A DNA stretch of 64,000 nucleotides from Mobula hypostoma (lineage: Eukaryota). Positions 1 through 11,145 of this stretch are shown here, in pieces. Where the stretch lies: positions 201,378,001 to 201,442,000 of the forward strand of contig NC_086097.1 in assembly GCF_963921235.1 (NCBI RefSeq), given 5' to 3'. Position 1 is the first letter of the stretch, and the number at the start of each line of letters is the position of its first letter. The notes under the pieces were generated by a model. The model was not told the origin of the DNA. It worked only from the letters and a program-made list of their open reading frames with translations, and did no database searches. The position numbers were made by a program, and so were the translations under genes.

Positions 1-787
1 CCCTACTTTTCTGAACAAGTGACTTTCACCAGGGTTGATGTGGTTCTAAGCCATGCATTCAGTCTCTTAAAGGAAGCAAGGGAGTATTACAAACAACTAT
101 ACTTGAAAACAGACGCACAGCAGACTAAGCATGCCCCACACTACATTTTAATCTAAAATCTAAACTAAGGTATAATGCAGCTTTCTGCCTGCCTACTCTT
201 TATACTGATGCAAGTGTGCATTCATCATTCTTTGCCCTGCTCAACAGTTGTTAAAACACTAAAAGGGAGCTGCCCTTTGGCTGCAAAATTTTAAAAAAAC
301 TGTTCGATAATATCAGAGACCATATACTAGATTCTCATCTTTACCCCTCTACTGTGTGAATGAAGACTTAATTCAAGTAGCAGAGGGGAATAAAGGAAAC
401 CTTTTCTTTTCCCCTCCTCAGAGCACAGGCAGCCTTCTGGGCATTAACTGTGATTAAATAATAGCAGAAAATTCCGTAACAAATGAAATGAACAAAATAC
501 AGATGTTAAGCTAAGAAAGTAGTGTTTGTACATGTTGCTTAAAAATATCAAATCAAACATCACATTAATTATGACACTCACAGCGCTCATTTGACTATTG
601 TACACACAATTCCCTTTACTTTAAACAGCCCGCAGGTAAACTTATATTTCCCCCCACTAAAATAATCCTTTTATACAAACCCTCCTGTATTCTTTGAAAT
701 AAAAGTACAAAATACAGTATCTTACATATATGCAACATTAGGTTCATTTCACCACTTTCAAGTTGGCTGCATATTTGTATTAAATAC

Positions 788-1008
788 CTCATTTTGACTT
801 GGTACAATATCATCAATGGTCTTCTTTTCCAAATCCAGCTTTTCCTTTAGATGATCTTCAAGTTTTTTTACTAAATTAATTTCTTCACGTAGTCTCTGAT
901 TCAGTATTCTTGCATCATTAACTTGAATTTGTACTTTTTGTAAATGAGATGCCTTACACTCAGCATTTAACTCTAATTCATAAATCTCTTCTGAATGCAC
1001 TGCATATT
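788..1008 (-). CDS. CCDC178: CCDC178 coding exon, coiled coil: YAVHSEEIYELELNAECKASHLQKVQIQ...KTIDDIVPSQNE
   Basis: Acceptor tttctcatttag|, donor GAG|gtattt, 221 nt, phase 1 to 0. Joins the previous exon as AVQKEYAVHSEEIYEL versus recalled human AVQKEHEAYLSDVIEL. The gene continues left of the window. Confidence 0.88.
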
Positions 1009-2021
1009 CTAAATGAGAAAAAGAAATACGATTTTAATCAAAAATCAGAAAATGCTGACATTCTCAAGCAGTTGAATATGCTTCTGCCATTAATAATCAA
1101 GCCAACGTACTCCGCTGAAGTTGTCTATTTTATTGCGTTGATAAGACAAGAACACTGACTCCACCTTTTGCTGTAGTCATTCACTGTTAGGTTCATCAGA
1201 CCTTATCTCAACAAAGCAAAACAGTTATGAAAGCTTCCTTTCTGTGGAAGTCGCACGGAAGCCACTGGAAATCTTTTGCTTAGCTACAGCTGTCTGACCT
1301 CAGTGGAAGGTGCTAAACTGGGGAAAGAATAATTACAATAGTATTAGATAGGAGGTGGGGAGACTAGACTGGTAGTGGTGGTAATTGGGGAAGTCCACAT
1401 CTGAGATGTGGGAATAATTTAAAGGACAGCAGATCAAAATTCAGGACCAACGTGGTCCTGTGAAGAAGAAAGAGAAGGATGACAAGGTCCTTTATTGATG
1501 GAAGAAAATAAATCTTGTAGATGCAGTCAAAAAGTAAAAGCATATGCAAGGTTTCAGAAGCTAAAGTCAGGCAGGCCTTTGAAGAATTTAAGAAAACAAG
1601 AGGTTAAACAAGGAATCAGGAGGGCTAAAATGGACCATGAAATGTCTTTTGGTGAGTAGGTGTAGAAAATTCAATATAATTATTGGATATACATTTATTT
1701 ATTCATATGTGTATTTATTTACCTCAAGGACAAAAGAAGGAAATTATGCTTGGAGCTAGAGTAAGCAGTCAAGGTACAAAACAATGTACTAGGTACTAAA
1801 CTGTAGAAGAAGGGTCAGCAAAAGGGTTAATGTGCTAAATCGCTAACTTGCGTTTTTCTATTTGAACTTTGTAACCCAGTATCCTAAGCTTAGAGTTACA
1901 GAGAATCCTTCATAATCAGGATGCAGCACTGAGTGCAGAAAAGAGGAACACGCACTCCTTTGATTTAGTCACTTGCCTGTTCTATAATTAAAAATACCTT
2001 GTGCTACAGATGTACCTATTT

Positions 2022-2377
2022 GCAAACACGAAGAAATCTGCAGATGTTAGAAATTCAAGCAACACACACAAAATGCTGGTGGAATGCAGCAGGCCAGGCA
2101 GCATCCACAGGAAGAGGTACAGTCGACGATTCGGGTCGAGACCCTTCGTCAGGACTAACTGAAAGAAGAGATAGTAAGAGATTTGAATAAATTGATTAAG
2201 AGATCCCTCTCCTGTCTTCTCCTATCATTTCGGATCTCCCCCTCCCCCTCCTCCTCTCAAATCTCTTACTATCTCTTCTTTCAGTTAGTCCTGACGAAGG
2301 GCCTCGGCCTGAAACGTCGACTGTACCTCTTCCTATAGATGCTGCCTGGCCTGCTGCGTTCACCAGCATTTTGTGTG
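2022..2377. mobile_element. Fold-back Penelope-derived mini-element (copy 1)
   Basis: Inverted arms of about 120 bp around a spacer. TSD tgtacctattt at 2011-2021 and 2378-2388. Contains a hammerhead motif. Confidence 0.85.
2287..2322 (+). ncRNA. Minimal type-I hammerhead ribozyme motif (Penelope pLTR type)
   Basis: agtc-CTGACGA-agggcctcggcct-GAAA-cGTC-gact: CUGANGA and GAAA core, stem II, palindromic ACGT stem III, GUC cleavage triplet, stem I agtc/gact. Confidence 0.75.
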
Positions 2378-3199
2378 TGTACCTATTTCCTCCTGGTTAC
2401 ATATATCTACTTATGCAACAGATTCACTTGCATGCCTGTATCAGCCTGTTCATCAGCATAAATATATGCCAAAATTGCTCTGTAACTCAGATCCTTACAC
2501 TCTTCTTCAGGCTCTCCATGTTATCATGCTGAATAATGGTATCTCCACTTGAAGTCTGGTCTCTGGGGTCCTTTTCTTTTGACATAAACTTGCATTAGTA
2601 CTCACCATGGAGAAGGAATGTGATGAATGTGATATCAGGTGGAGGTATGCTGCTATTCTAGGGCATTTTGATATCAAGAATAAGAAAATTAAAGTAGATG
2701 TCCCCCAATGTCTAATGGGATCTATCTCAGTTTATTATAAGAGGTAAGAGGTTTGTTTCCGAGTTAGACAAACGTGAGGTTCCAGAGGACTGAAGAATAT
2801 CCAATGATGTCCTCAACTTAAGAAATGACATAGAGACAAACCAGGAAGTTAGAGGCTGGTGAGCATTACAGTGATGGTAGGGAAATTATTGGACAACATA
2901 TTTAGGGATATGATCTACTCACATCTGGAAAATCTTAAGACTCATTAGGGTAATCAGCATAGCTTTGTGGGGGAACAGTCTTGCCTTATAAACTTGAGAT
3001 TTTTTTTAAGGAGGCGATGGAGCTGTTTGATGAACTTTCATAAAGCTTTAACAAGGTCCCTCCTGATCCAGAGAACTGAGGTACATGGGAACTATTAAGA
3101 ACTGCAAGAAGTGCATCCAGCTGCAAATTAACCCCCGTTGAGGAGTTGGAGCTGGAACTGGATGAACTCCATGTCCTTCAGGAGGCTGAAGGAAAGGTG

Positions 3200-4020
3200 A
3201 AATTGAATTGACTTTATTTCTCACATCCTTCACATACATGAGTAAAAATCTTTATGTTACGTCTCCGTCTAAATGTGCAATGTAAAATCATAGTAATTTG
3301 TAATAATTTATAATAAATAGAACAGTCAATGTAACATAGAAATGCACTCAAATCAGTGTGAGTTAATCAGTCTGATGGCCTGGTGTTAGAAGCTGTCCCG
3401 GAGCCTGTAGGTCCTGGCCTTTATGTTGCGGTGCCGTTTCCCAGATGGTTAGATTGTGGTTCGGGTGACTCGGGTCCCCAATGATCCTTCGGGCCATTTT
3501 TTCACACCTGTTTTTGTAAATGTCCTGAATCATGGGAAGTTCACAGCTACAGATGCACTGGGTGTCCGCACCACTCTCTGCAGAATCCTGTGACTAAGGG
3601 AGGTAGAGTTCTCATACCAGGCAATGATGCAGCCAGTCAGGATGCTCTTGATTGTGCCCCTGCAGAAAGTTTGCAGGATTTGGGGGCCCATACCAAACTT
3701 CCTCAACCGTCTGAGGTGAAAGAGGAGCTGTTGTGTCTTTTTCACCACACAGCTGGTGTGTGCAGACCACGAGGTCCTCAGTGATGTGGATGCCAAAGAA
3801 CTTAAAGCTGTTTATCCTCTCAACTCCAGATTCATTGATGTCAATAGGGGTTAGCCCGTCTCCATTCCTCCTGTAATCCACAACCAGATCCTTTGTTTTG
3901 CGACATTTAGGAAAAGGTTGTTTTCTTGACACCACTGTGCCAGAGAGATTACTTCTTCCCTGTAGGCCACCTCATTATTGTTTGAGATTAGGCCAATCAA
4001 TGTAGTGTCATCGGCAAATT
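3200..4020 (-). mobile_element. Rex1-Babar-type LINE, 3' part (RT C-terminus and tail)
   Basis: FADDTT motif at about 4005-4020, KTKDLVVDYRR, FKFFGIHITEDL, ILTGCIIAWY. Tail reads AATAAAGTCAATTCAATTT on the minus strand. Confidence 0.75.
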
Positions 4021-5645
4021 GACTGTTGTTGGTCCCGAGATTGTACGATGATGCAGTCGATGAGGTGCCAGTGTTTGGAGCGTGGATGCTGCCAGGAGAC
4101 TTTGTGCCTGTTTTTCTGGCGAAATAGGGTGTTTGTAATCACCAGGTTGTGTTCAGCACATTTGGTGAAGAGGAGTGTTCCACTGGCGTTGACCTTGCCA
4201 ACTCCTTCCTTGCTCATTATTTCAGTCCAGAGCCTATGATCTTTCTCGACTCTGGCACTGAAGTCTCCCAAGAGAATGATCTTGCCATTGTTGTGAACAG
4301 AGGAAAGGACTTGGTCAAGTTGGGCGTAGAAGATCATCTTTACTTCATCTTCAGCATCCAGAGTTGGAGCATAGGTGCTGATGATGGTGGCATGTTGGTT
4401 CTTGACAAGTTGGATTCGCAGAGTCATGAGACGTTCGGTGATCCCTAGTGATTGCTCTGTCAGCTTCTGAAGTAGGCTGTTTCGGATGGCAAAACCTACT
4501 CCATGGATCCTCGATTGTTCAGGATCAAGTCCTTTCCAGAAAAAGGTGTATTGCTCTTCCTTTAGTTGCCCTTCTCCAGCTCTGCGGGTCTCACAACGTC
4601 AAAGTTGAAGTTTTGGAGTTCTTGGGCAACAAAGGCAGTTCTTCTCTCTGGTCGGTCTGAGCTTGGGTTATCCATCAGAGTTCGTATATTCCAGGTTCCA
4701 AATTTCATAGTTTCATTTCTCGATGTTTTTCGACCGCATGATGGTGATTCCTCTGGACGCGGCTTTCCAGACAGGATGGAGTGAAGCAGACTATTTTTAG
4801 GGCACCTTTTCTAGCCCCTTCCCAGTTCAGGGTGAGCAGAGTGGATCCTAAATAGGGCTGTTCAGATGTGCTGCCGAACAATTTTCCTGCTTCTGTCCAA
4901 AAGTTAAGCGACTGAATCAAGTATTTTTTTTTTTTAAACGCAAACAACAGGAATTCTGCAGATGCTGGAAATTCAAGCAACACACATCAAAGTTGCTGGT
5001 GAACGCAGCAGGCCAAGCAGCATCTATAGGAAGAGGCGCAGTCGACGTTTCAGGCCGAGACCCTTTGTCAGGACAAAGGGTCCTGACAAAGGGTCTCGGC
5101 CTGAAACGTCGACTGCGCCTCTTCCTATAGATGCTGCTTGGCCTGCTGCGTTCACCAGCAACTTTGATGAATCAAGTATTCACCGCTTTCGTGCCGGTTC
5201 TTGACTAGAAACTTCCAGCCATCACATCGCCTGCTCCTGTTGCCCTCCCCCAATCGCCGAAAGACTTGAAGAAGTGGCCTACAGAGTGAAGACGCCTGTC
5301 CGTGTATTTGTTTAATGTGTACTTGATGTTGCACTCCAAGAAGCACATGATACTTCACAAATCAACCAACTGATTCCAATGGCATGGAAACCACAACGAT
5401 TGGAGCTGATGGATTTGTTGCAGCCTTCATCCGCCTTCACAGACGTTGAGTTCGAAGTAACTTCGTCCGCCTGTTCCACCGTTGAGGTCTTGGTTGGATT
5501 GTTCTTTGTCAGGGACCTTACCCTCGACCTTACCGCCATGGGTGACCCTACCAGGAACATAGCTCCAGATGGCATCGCTCTTGGGATCTCAGGACCACAC
5601 AAGCTTCTCCACCGCGACAAGGTGACAATCCACGGAGAAGTCACA
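4021..5645 (-). mobile_element. RTE-clade LINE, 5' part (APE endonuclease), interrupted by hairpin copy 2
   Basis: ORF 4008-4427 contains ISTYAPTL, IILLGDFSARV, LVITNTLF and WQHPRSKHWHLID, typical of the RTE endonuclease. Confidence 0.8.
4926..5167. mobile_element. Fold-back Penelope-derived mini-element (copy 2), perfect 90-bp hairpin
   Basis: Arms 4985-5074 and 5080-5169 are exact reverse complements around a 5-nt loop. TSD tgaatcaagtatt at 4913-4925 and 5168-5180. A T-run at the left end reads as poly(A) on the minus strand. Confidence 0.9.
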
Positions 5646-5649
5646 TAAG

Positions 5650-7585
5650 CAGATGTGTAAGGAAGGTACATAGAGCAGTAGCTATTGAGTTGTCTGTCGA
5701 TTGGTTCTGTCGGTAAGCGAATTGTAGGGGTCCAGTTTGGGTGGTAGCAAGCTGCAGATGAAATCCTTGACTAGCCTCTCATTTGCTTATTATTGAGGTG
5801 AGTGCCTCAGGACACCAGTCGTTCCGGCACGTTACCTTGGTCCTTTTTGGTACAGGGACAATGGTGGATAACTTGAAGCAGGAGGGCACTCTACACTGGG
5901 AGAGGGAGAGATTAAAAATGTCTGCAAGCACATCTGCCAATTGTGCTGCGCACAACCTGAGACCCGCCCTGGGATGACGTCTGGTCCCGCAGCCTTGCGA
6001 CTGTCCACTCATTGGAAACATCTGCATACCTCAGACTTACAGATGACCAGGTTGCAGGTTGTAGCGGTGGCTTTCCTCAGAGGCTCAGAGTTAGTGACAT
6101 CAAACCGAGTGTACAAGCGATTGAGCTCATCTGGGAGCGAGGCCGCAATGTTGGCGGCACCACTATGTTTGCATTTGAAGTCTGCAATGGTATGCAACCC
6201 TTGCCACAAGTGCAATTTGCTGTGAATCTTGACTCAATCTTGTCCCTGTATTGTTTCACAGCCTTGATAGCTTTGAGCAGATTGTAGCTGCTTTTCTTGA
6301 GCTCCTGCTAATTTCCAGCAATGTAAGCTCTAGGTCGTTGCTCGCATGAAACTATTGATCCAAGATTTCTGGTTTGGGGGACAACATTGTCAATGCACTT
6401 CCAGATGAAGCCCTTGACCCCATCCGTGAACTCGGAGACATCCTCATCATGGAAGACATTCCAGTCGACGTCATCGAAGCAGTCCTGCAGCATGGAGGCT
6501 GACTGGTCGGACCAACAGTGGATGGTTTTAACTATGGCCGCCTCTTGTTTCAGGTTTTGCTTGTACATCGCAGAAGAGGATCGAAGAGCGACCTGATTTT
6601 CCAAAAGCTGGGCGAAGGAGAGCTTTGTAAGCGTTGCAGAAGGGAGTGTAACAATGGCCAAGTGTGTTATCTCCATGAGTGCTCACCTCGATGTGCTAAG
6701 AAAACTTCAGAGAGACTTTTGTCAGCGACTCTTGATTAAAGTCGCCAGCGACGATGAATGCAGCCTCTGAGTGTGCGATCTCCAGCACATTGATGGTCTC
6801 GTACAGTTCCTTAAGAGCCAGGTCAGTATCAGCCTGCGGCGGAATGTACACCGCTGTGATGATAACTGTGTCATTGGTACCTATATGGACCATGACCTCT
6901 AGCTGCTCACCCTCCAACTTTAGACCGTAGGCACCAGTAGGGTCTGCACAGCAGCACCAGATATTCCAGGTCTGGAGAACAAAAAGGATTTGAGGGCATG
7001 CACATTCTGGGGGTCGCACCAGGCGTTGTTGACCATGAAGCATACCCCTCCTCCTTTACTCTTCCTAGAGGTCTTTTGACCTGTCTGCCCGGAACAGGAA
7101 GAACCCAGAGGGCTCGATAGCACGGTCTGATATCTCCTCCATCAGCCAGGTCTCCACAAAGCACAAAACATTGCATTCCTTTGTTTCCCACTGGTAGAGA
7201 ATCTGGCTCTCAGTTCGCACAGTTTGTTGTTCAGGCACTGAACGTTAGCCAGGAGTATGCCAGGGAATGGCAGCCGATTTGTACGCCATCTCAACCTCAC
7301 CAAGACGCCAGCCCTCCTCCCTCGCATCCAGCCCTTCTTCCGAGTTAGTGGCAGTGTAAGAGGTGAGTCTCTCCTGGATCACGTAAGCAGGTGTCCCAGT
7401 GTAGGAAAGGCGGCAAATAGTGGGTAAATGCTGTCTTTCTGATGTTCAGAAGGGTCAGTCTATCGTATCTGATGTGACTATCAGCTACTGGAACCGAAGA
7501 CACTAAGAAAATTGTAGAAATTAGTAGTATACTGTAGATTTGGAACAGAGCTCGTAACAGGGCCGCCGTACACAGCACCATCTTC
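5650..7585 (-). mobile_element. Rex1-Babar-type LINE, 5' part (endonuclease and RT start), degenerate
   Basis: RGRRAGVLVRLR..LPFPGILLANVQCLNNK, TAVYIPPQAD, IVAGDFNQ, LQDCFDDVDW, LADVLADIFNLSL, TIVPVPK. Confidence 0.8.
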
Positions 7586-7589
7586 AATG

Positions 7590-8240
7590 TCTGAGGGGCA
7601 GGACATACAGAGAGATACTTATACAAGGATCTGGGTGAAAGTCAGCAGGGTGATGGGGGTTAGACAGCCAGTGTAGAGTACCCCTGTGGCCATCCCCCTC
7701 AACAACAGCTATACCACTTTGGATACTGTTGGGTGGGGATGACCTAGCAGAGGAAAGTCAGAGCAGTCAGGTCTCTGGCATTGAGTCTGACTCTGTGGCT
7801 CAGAAGGCAAGTGGGGGAGAAGAGGCAAGTTGTCGTGATAGGGGATTCGTTAGTGACGGTAACAGAAAGGAGGTTCTGTGGACGAGAACAAGATTACCAG
7901 ACAGTATGTTGCCTCCTGGGTGCCAGTGTTTGGAACATCTCACATCGTGTTCTTAGCATTCTAAAGTTGGAGGGTGAGCAGCTAGGGGTCATGGTGCATA
8001 TAGGTACCAATGACACAGGCTAGAAGAGGGACAAGGTTCTGCAAAGTGAGTTCTGGGAGTTAGGTGCTAAGTTAAAAGACAGGACCTCCAGGACCGTGAT
8101 GTCAGGATTGCTACCCATGCCACGTGCTAGTGATGCAGAAATACGAAGATCATACTGTTTAATACAAGGCTAAGGAATTAGTGTTGTGGGGGCGGGCTTC
8201 AGATTTTTGGATCATTGGGCTCTCATTCAGGGAATCTAGG
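7590..8240 (+). mobile_element. CR1 ORF1 remnant (SGNH esterase-like)
   Basis: VVVIGDSLV...VCCLLGA...VMVHIGTND. Continues the CR1 ORF1 fragment at about 3090-3200 that was split by the Rex/RTE block. Confidence 0.75.
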
Positions 8241-8269
8241 ATTTTTGAAGACAGATTTTGGCAGTGTGG

Positions 8270-8790
8270 AGCATCAGCTAGATCTTGGGGCCTGTGTCCA
8301 TGGGACACTCAAAGCTGCTGCGTAAGTTGACAGTGTTGTTAAGAAGGTGTATGGTGTGCCGGCCTTCATCAACTGTGGGTTTGAGTTCAAGAGCTGTGAG
8401 AAAATGTTACAGCTAGATAAGATCTTAGTTAGACCCCATTTGAAGTTCTGGTCACCTCAGTTCTGGATGTGGATACTATAGAGAGAGTGCAGAGGAGATT
8501 TACAAGGATGTTGCCTGGATTGGACAGCATGCCTTATGAGAATAGGCTGAGCAAACTCAGAGGTAAGTTTTTCCACACAGAAAGTGGTGGGTGCATGGAA
8601 CGCACCGCCAGTGAAGGTGGTAGAGGCGGATAAAATAGGGTCTATTAAAAGACTCGTAGATAGGTACATGGAGCTTAGAAAAACAGAGGGCTATGCGGTA
8701 GGGAAGCTCTAGGCAGTTTCTTCAGTAGGTTATATGGTCAGCACAACATTCTGGGCTGAAGGGCCTGTAAAGTGCTGTAGATTTCTATGT
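8270..8790 (+). mobile_element. CR1 3' fragment
   Basis: RVQRRFTRMLPGL-encoding sequence and a tttctatgtt tail. Confidence 0.7.
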
Positions 8791-9180
8791 TTCCGTACAG
8801 AAGAGACAGTTTGCACCTAAGCTGCAGGGGGGCTAATATCACGAGAGTGAGGGGAGAGAGGGGCACACTCTGGGAATCAAATTGCCAAAACAGATGGTGG
8901 AATGATTGTGGAGATGGATTTTGTTCAAACCTCAGACAAAGTCAGGAATCAAAAGGTTGAGCATGGTGTTCTGAGTTGCGTATATTTCAATGCAAGAAGT
9001 ATTGTAGGAAAGGCATGTGAGTTCATGGCATGGATCAATACATAGAATTGTGATATTGTAGCCATTAGTAAGATTTGGTTGCAATGGGGGACAGGACTGG
9101 CAGCTCGATACTCTGGTGTTCCGTTGTCTTACATGTGATAGAGCAGGAGGGATTAAAGGGGGAGGGGTGGTGTTATTAAT

Positions 9181-10363
9181 GACCTGGACGTGGGCGTAGA
9201 AGTAAACACAAGGAATTCTGCAGATGCTGGAAATTCAAGCAACACACATCAAAGTTGCTGGTGAACGCAGCAGACCAGGCAGCATCTCTAGGAAGAGGTA
9301 CAGTCAACGTTTCAGGCCGAGACCCTTCGTCAGTCTGACGAAGGGTCTCAGCCTGAAACGTTGACTGTACCTCTTCCTAGAGATGCTGCCTGGTCTGCTG
9401 CGTTCACCAGCAACTTTGATGTGGGGGTAGAAGGGTGGGTTGGCAAGTTTGCAGATAACACAAAGGTTGGTGGTGTTGTAGGTAGTGTAGAGGATTGTCA
9501 AAGATTGCAGAGAGATATTGATAGGATGCAGAAGTGGGCTGAAAAGTGGCAGATGGAGTTCAACCCGGAGAAGTGTGAGATGGTACACTTTGGAAGGACA
9601 AACTCCAAGGCAGAGTACAAAGTAAATGGCAGGATACTTGGTAGTGTGGAGGAGCAGAGGGATCTGCGGGTACATGTCCACAGATCCCTGAAAGTTGCCT
9701 CACAGGCAGATAGGGGAGTTAAGAAAGCTTATGGGGTGTTAGCTTTCATAAGTCAAAGGGTAGAGTTTAAGAGTTTAAGAGTCGCAAGGTAATGATGCGT
9801 TCACCAGCAACCTTTGATGTGTGCAGCTCTATAAAACTCTGGTTAGGCCACACTTGGAGTACTGTGTCTAGTTCTGGTCGCCTCACTATAGGATGTGGAA
9901 GCATTGGAAAGGGTACAGAGGAGATTTACCAGGATGCTGCCTGGTTTAGAGAGTATGGATTATGATCAGAGATTAAGAGAGCTAGGTCTTTACTCTTTGG
10001 AGAGAAGGAGGATGAGAGGAGACATGATAGAGGTATACAAGATAATGAGAGGAATAGATAGAGTGGATAACCAGTGCCTTTTCCCCAGGGCATCACTGCT
10101 CAATACAAGGGGACATGGCTTTAAGGTATGGGAAGTTCAAGGGGGATATTAGAGGAAGGTTTTTTATTCAGAGAGTGGTTGGTCCGTGGTATACCCTGCC
10201 TGAGTCAGTGGAGGAGGCAGATACACTACTGAAATTTAAGAGACGATTAGATAGGTATATGGAGGAATTTAAGGTGGAGGTCTATATGGGAGGCAGGGTT
10301 TGAGGGTCGGCACAACAATGTGGGCCGAAGGGCCTGTACTATGCTGTACTATTCTATGTTCTA
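9181..10363 (+). mobile_element. Younger 5'-truncated CR1
   Basis: KFADNTK, KWQMEFNPEKC, ERVQRRFTRMLPGL and a (TTCTATG)n tail. Apparent TSD tgtta(t/c)taat at 9171-9180 and 10364-10373. Confidence 0.85.
9203..9420. mobile_element. Fold-back Penelope-derived mini-element (copy 3)
   Basis: Arms 9245-9333 and 9335-9423, 89 bp with one mismatch and a 1-nt centre. TSD gtggg(c/g)gtagaag at 9190-9202 and 9421-9433. Confidence 0.9.
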
Positions 10364-11145
10364 TGTTACTAATTAGGGAAAATGTCACAAAAGTGCTCAA
10401 TCAGGACAGAATGGAGAACTTGTGGATGGAACTAAGGAATAAGAAAGTATGACCACGTTAATGGGGCTATATTATAGACCACCCAGAAGTCCGCAGGAAA
10501 CATAAGGTTGTGATAGAAGGCGATTTTACCTTTCCACATATTGATTGGGACTCCCACACAGTAAAAGGACTGGATGGGAGAGAGTTTATCGAAAGTGTTC
10601 AGAAAAGCTTCCTTAATCAGTACATAGAAGTCCTAATGAGAGAGTATGCAATACTTGGGAATGAGACAGGGAGTGACAGAAGGTTTGTGTAGGAGAACAT
10701 TTTGCATCTAGTGACCATAATGCCATTAGTTTAAAGATAATTATGGAAAAGGATAGGTCTGGTCCTCAGGTTGAGATTCTAACTTGGAAAAAGGCCAATT
10801 TTGATGATATCAGAAAGGATCTGGCAAGTGTGAAATGGGAGAGGCTTTATCTTAGTAAAGGTGGATGGTTAAGTGGGAGGCCTTCAAAAGCGAAATTCTG
10901 AGAGTACAAAGCTTGTATGTACCTATCAGAATAAAAGGCAAGGATAACAGGTTTAGGGAAACCTTGGTTTTACAGCAATATTGAGGCCCTGGTTGAGAGA
11001 ACAAGGAGGTGCATAGCAGGTAGGTACTTAAGGAGTATCAGAAATGCAAGAGGACACTTAAGTAAGAAATCAGGAGGGCTAAAAGAAGGCATGAGGTTGC
11101 TCTAGCAGACAAAATGAAGGAGAATTCTAAGGTCTTCTACAGATA

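Noticed and set aside
2022..9420. Recurrent palindromic repeats as a CRISPR-like array or pre-miRNA cluster
   Set aside because: They are dispersed, individually TSD-flanked and Penelope-derived, with no regular spacers, in a eukaryotic context.
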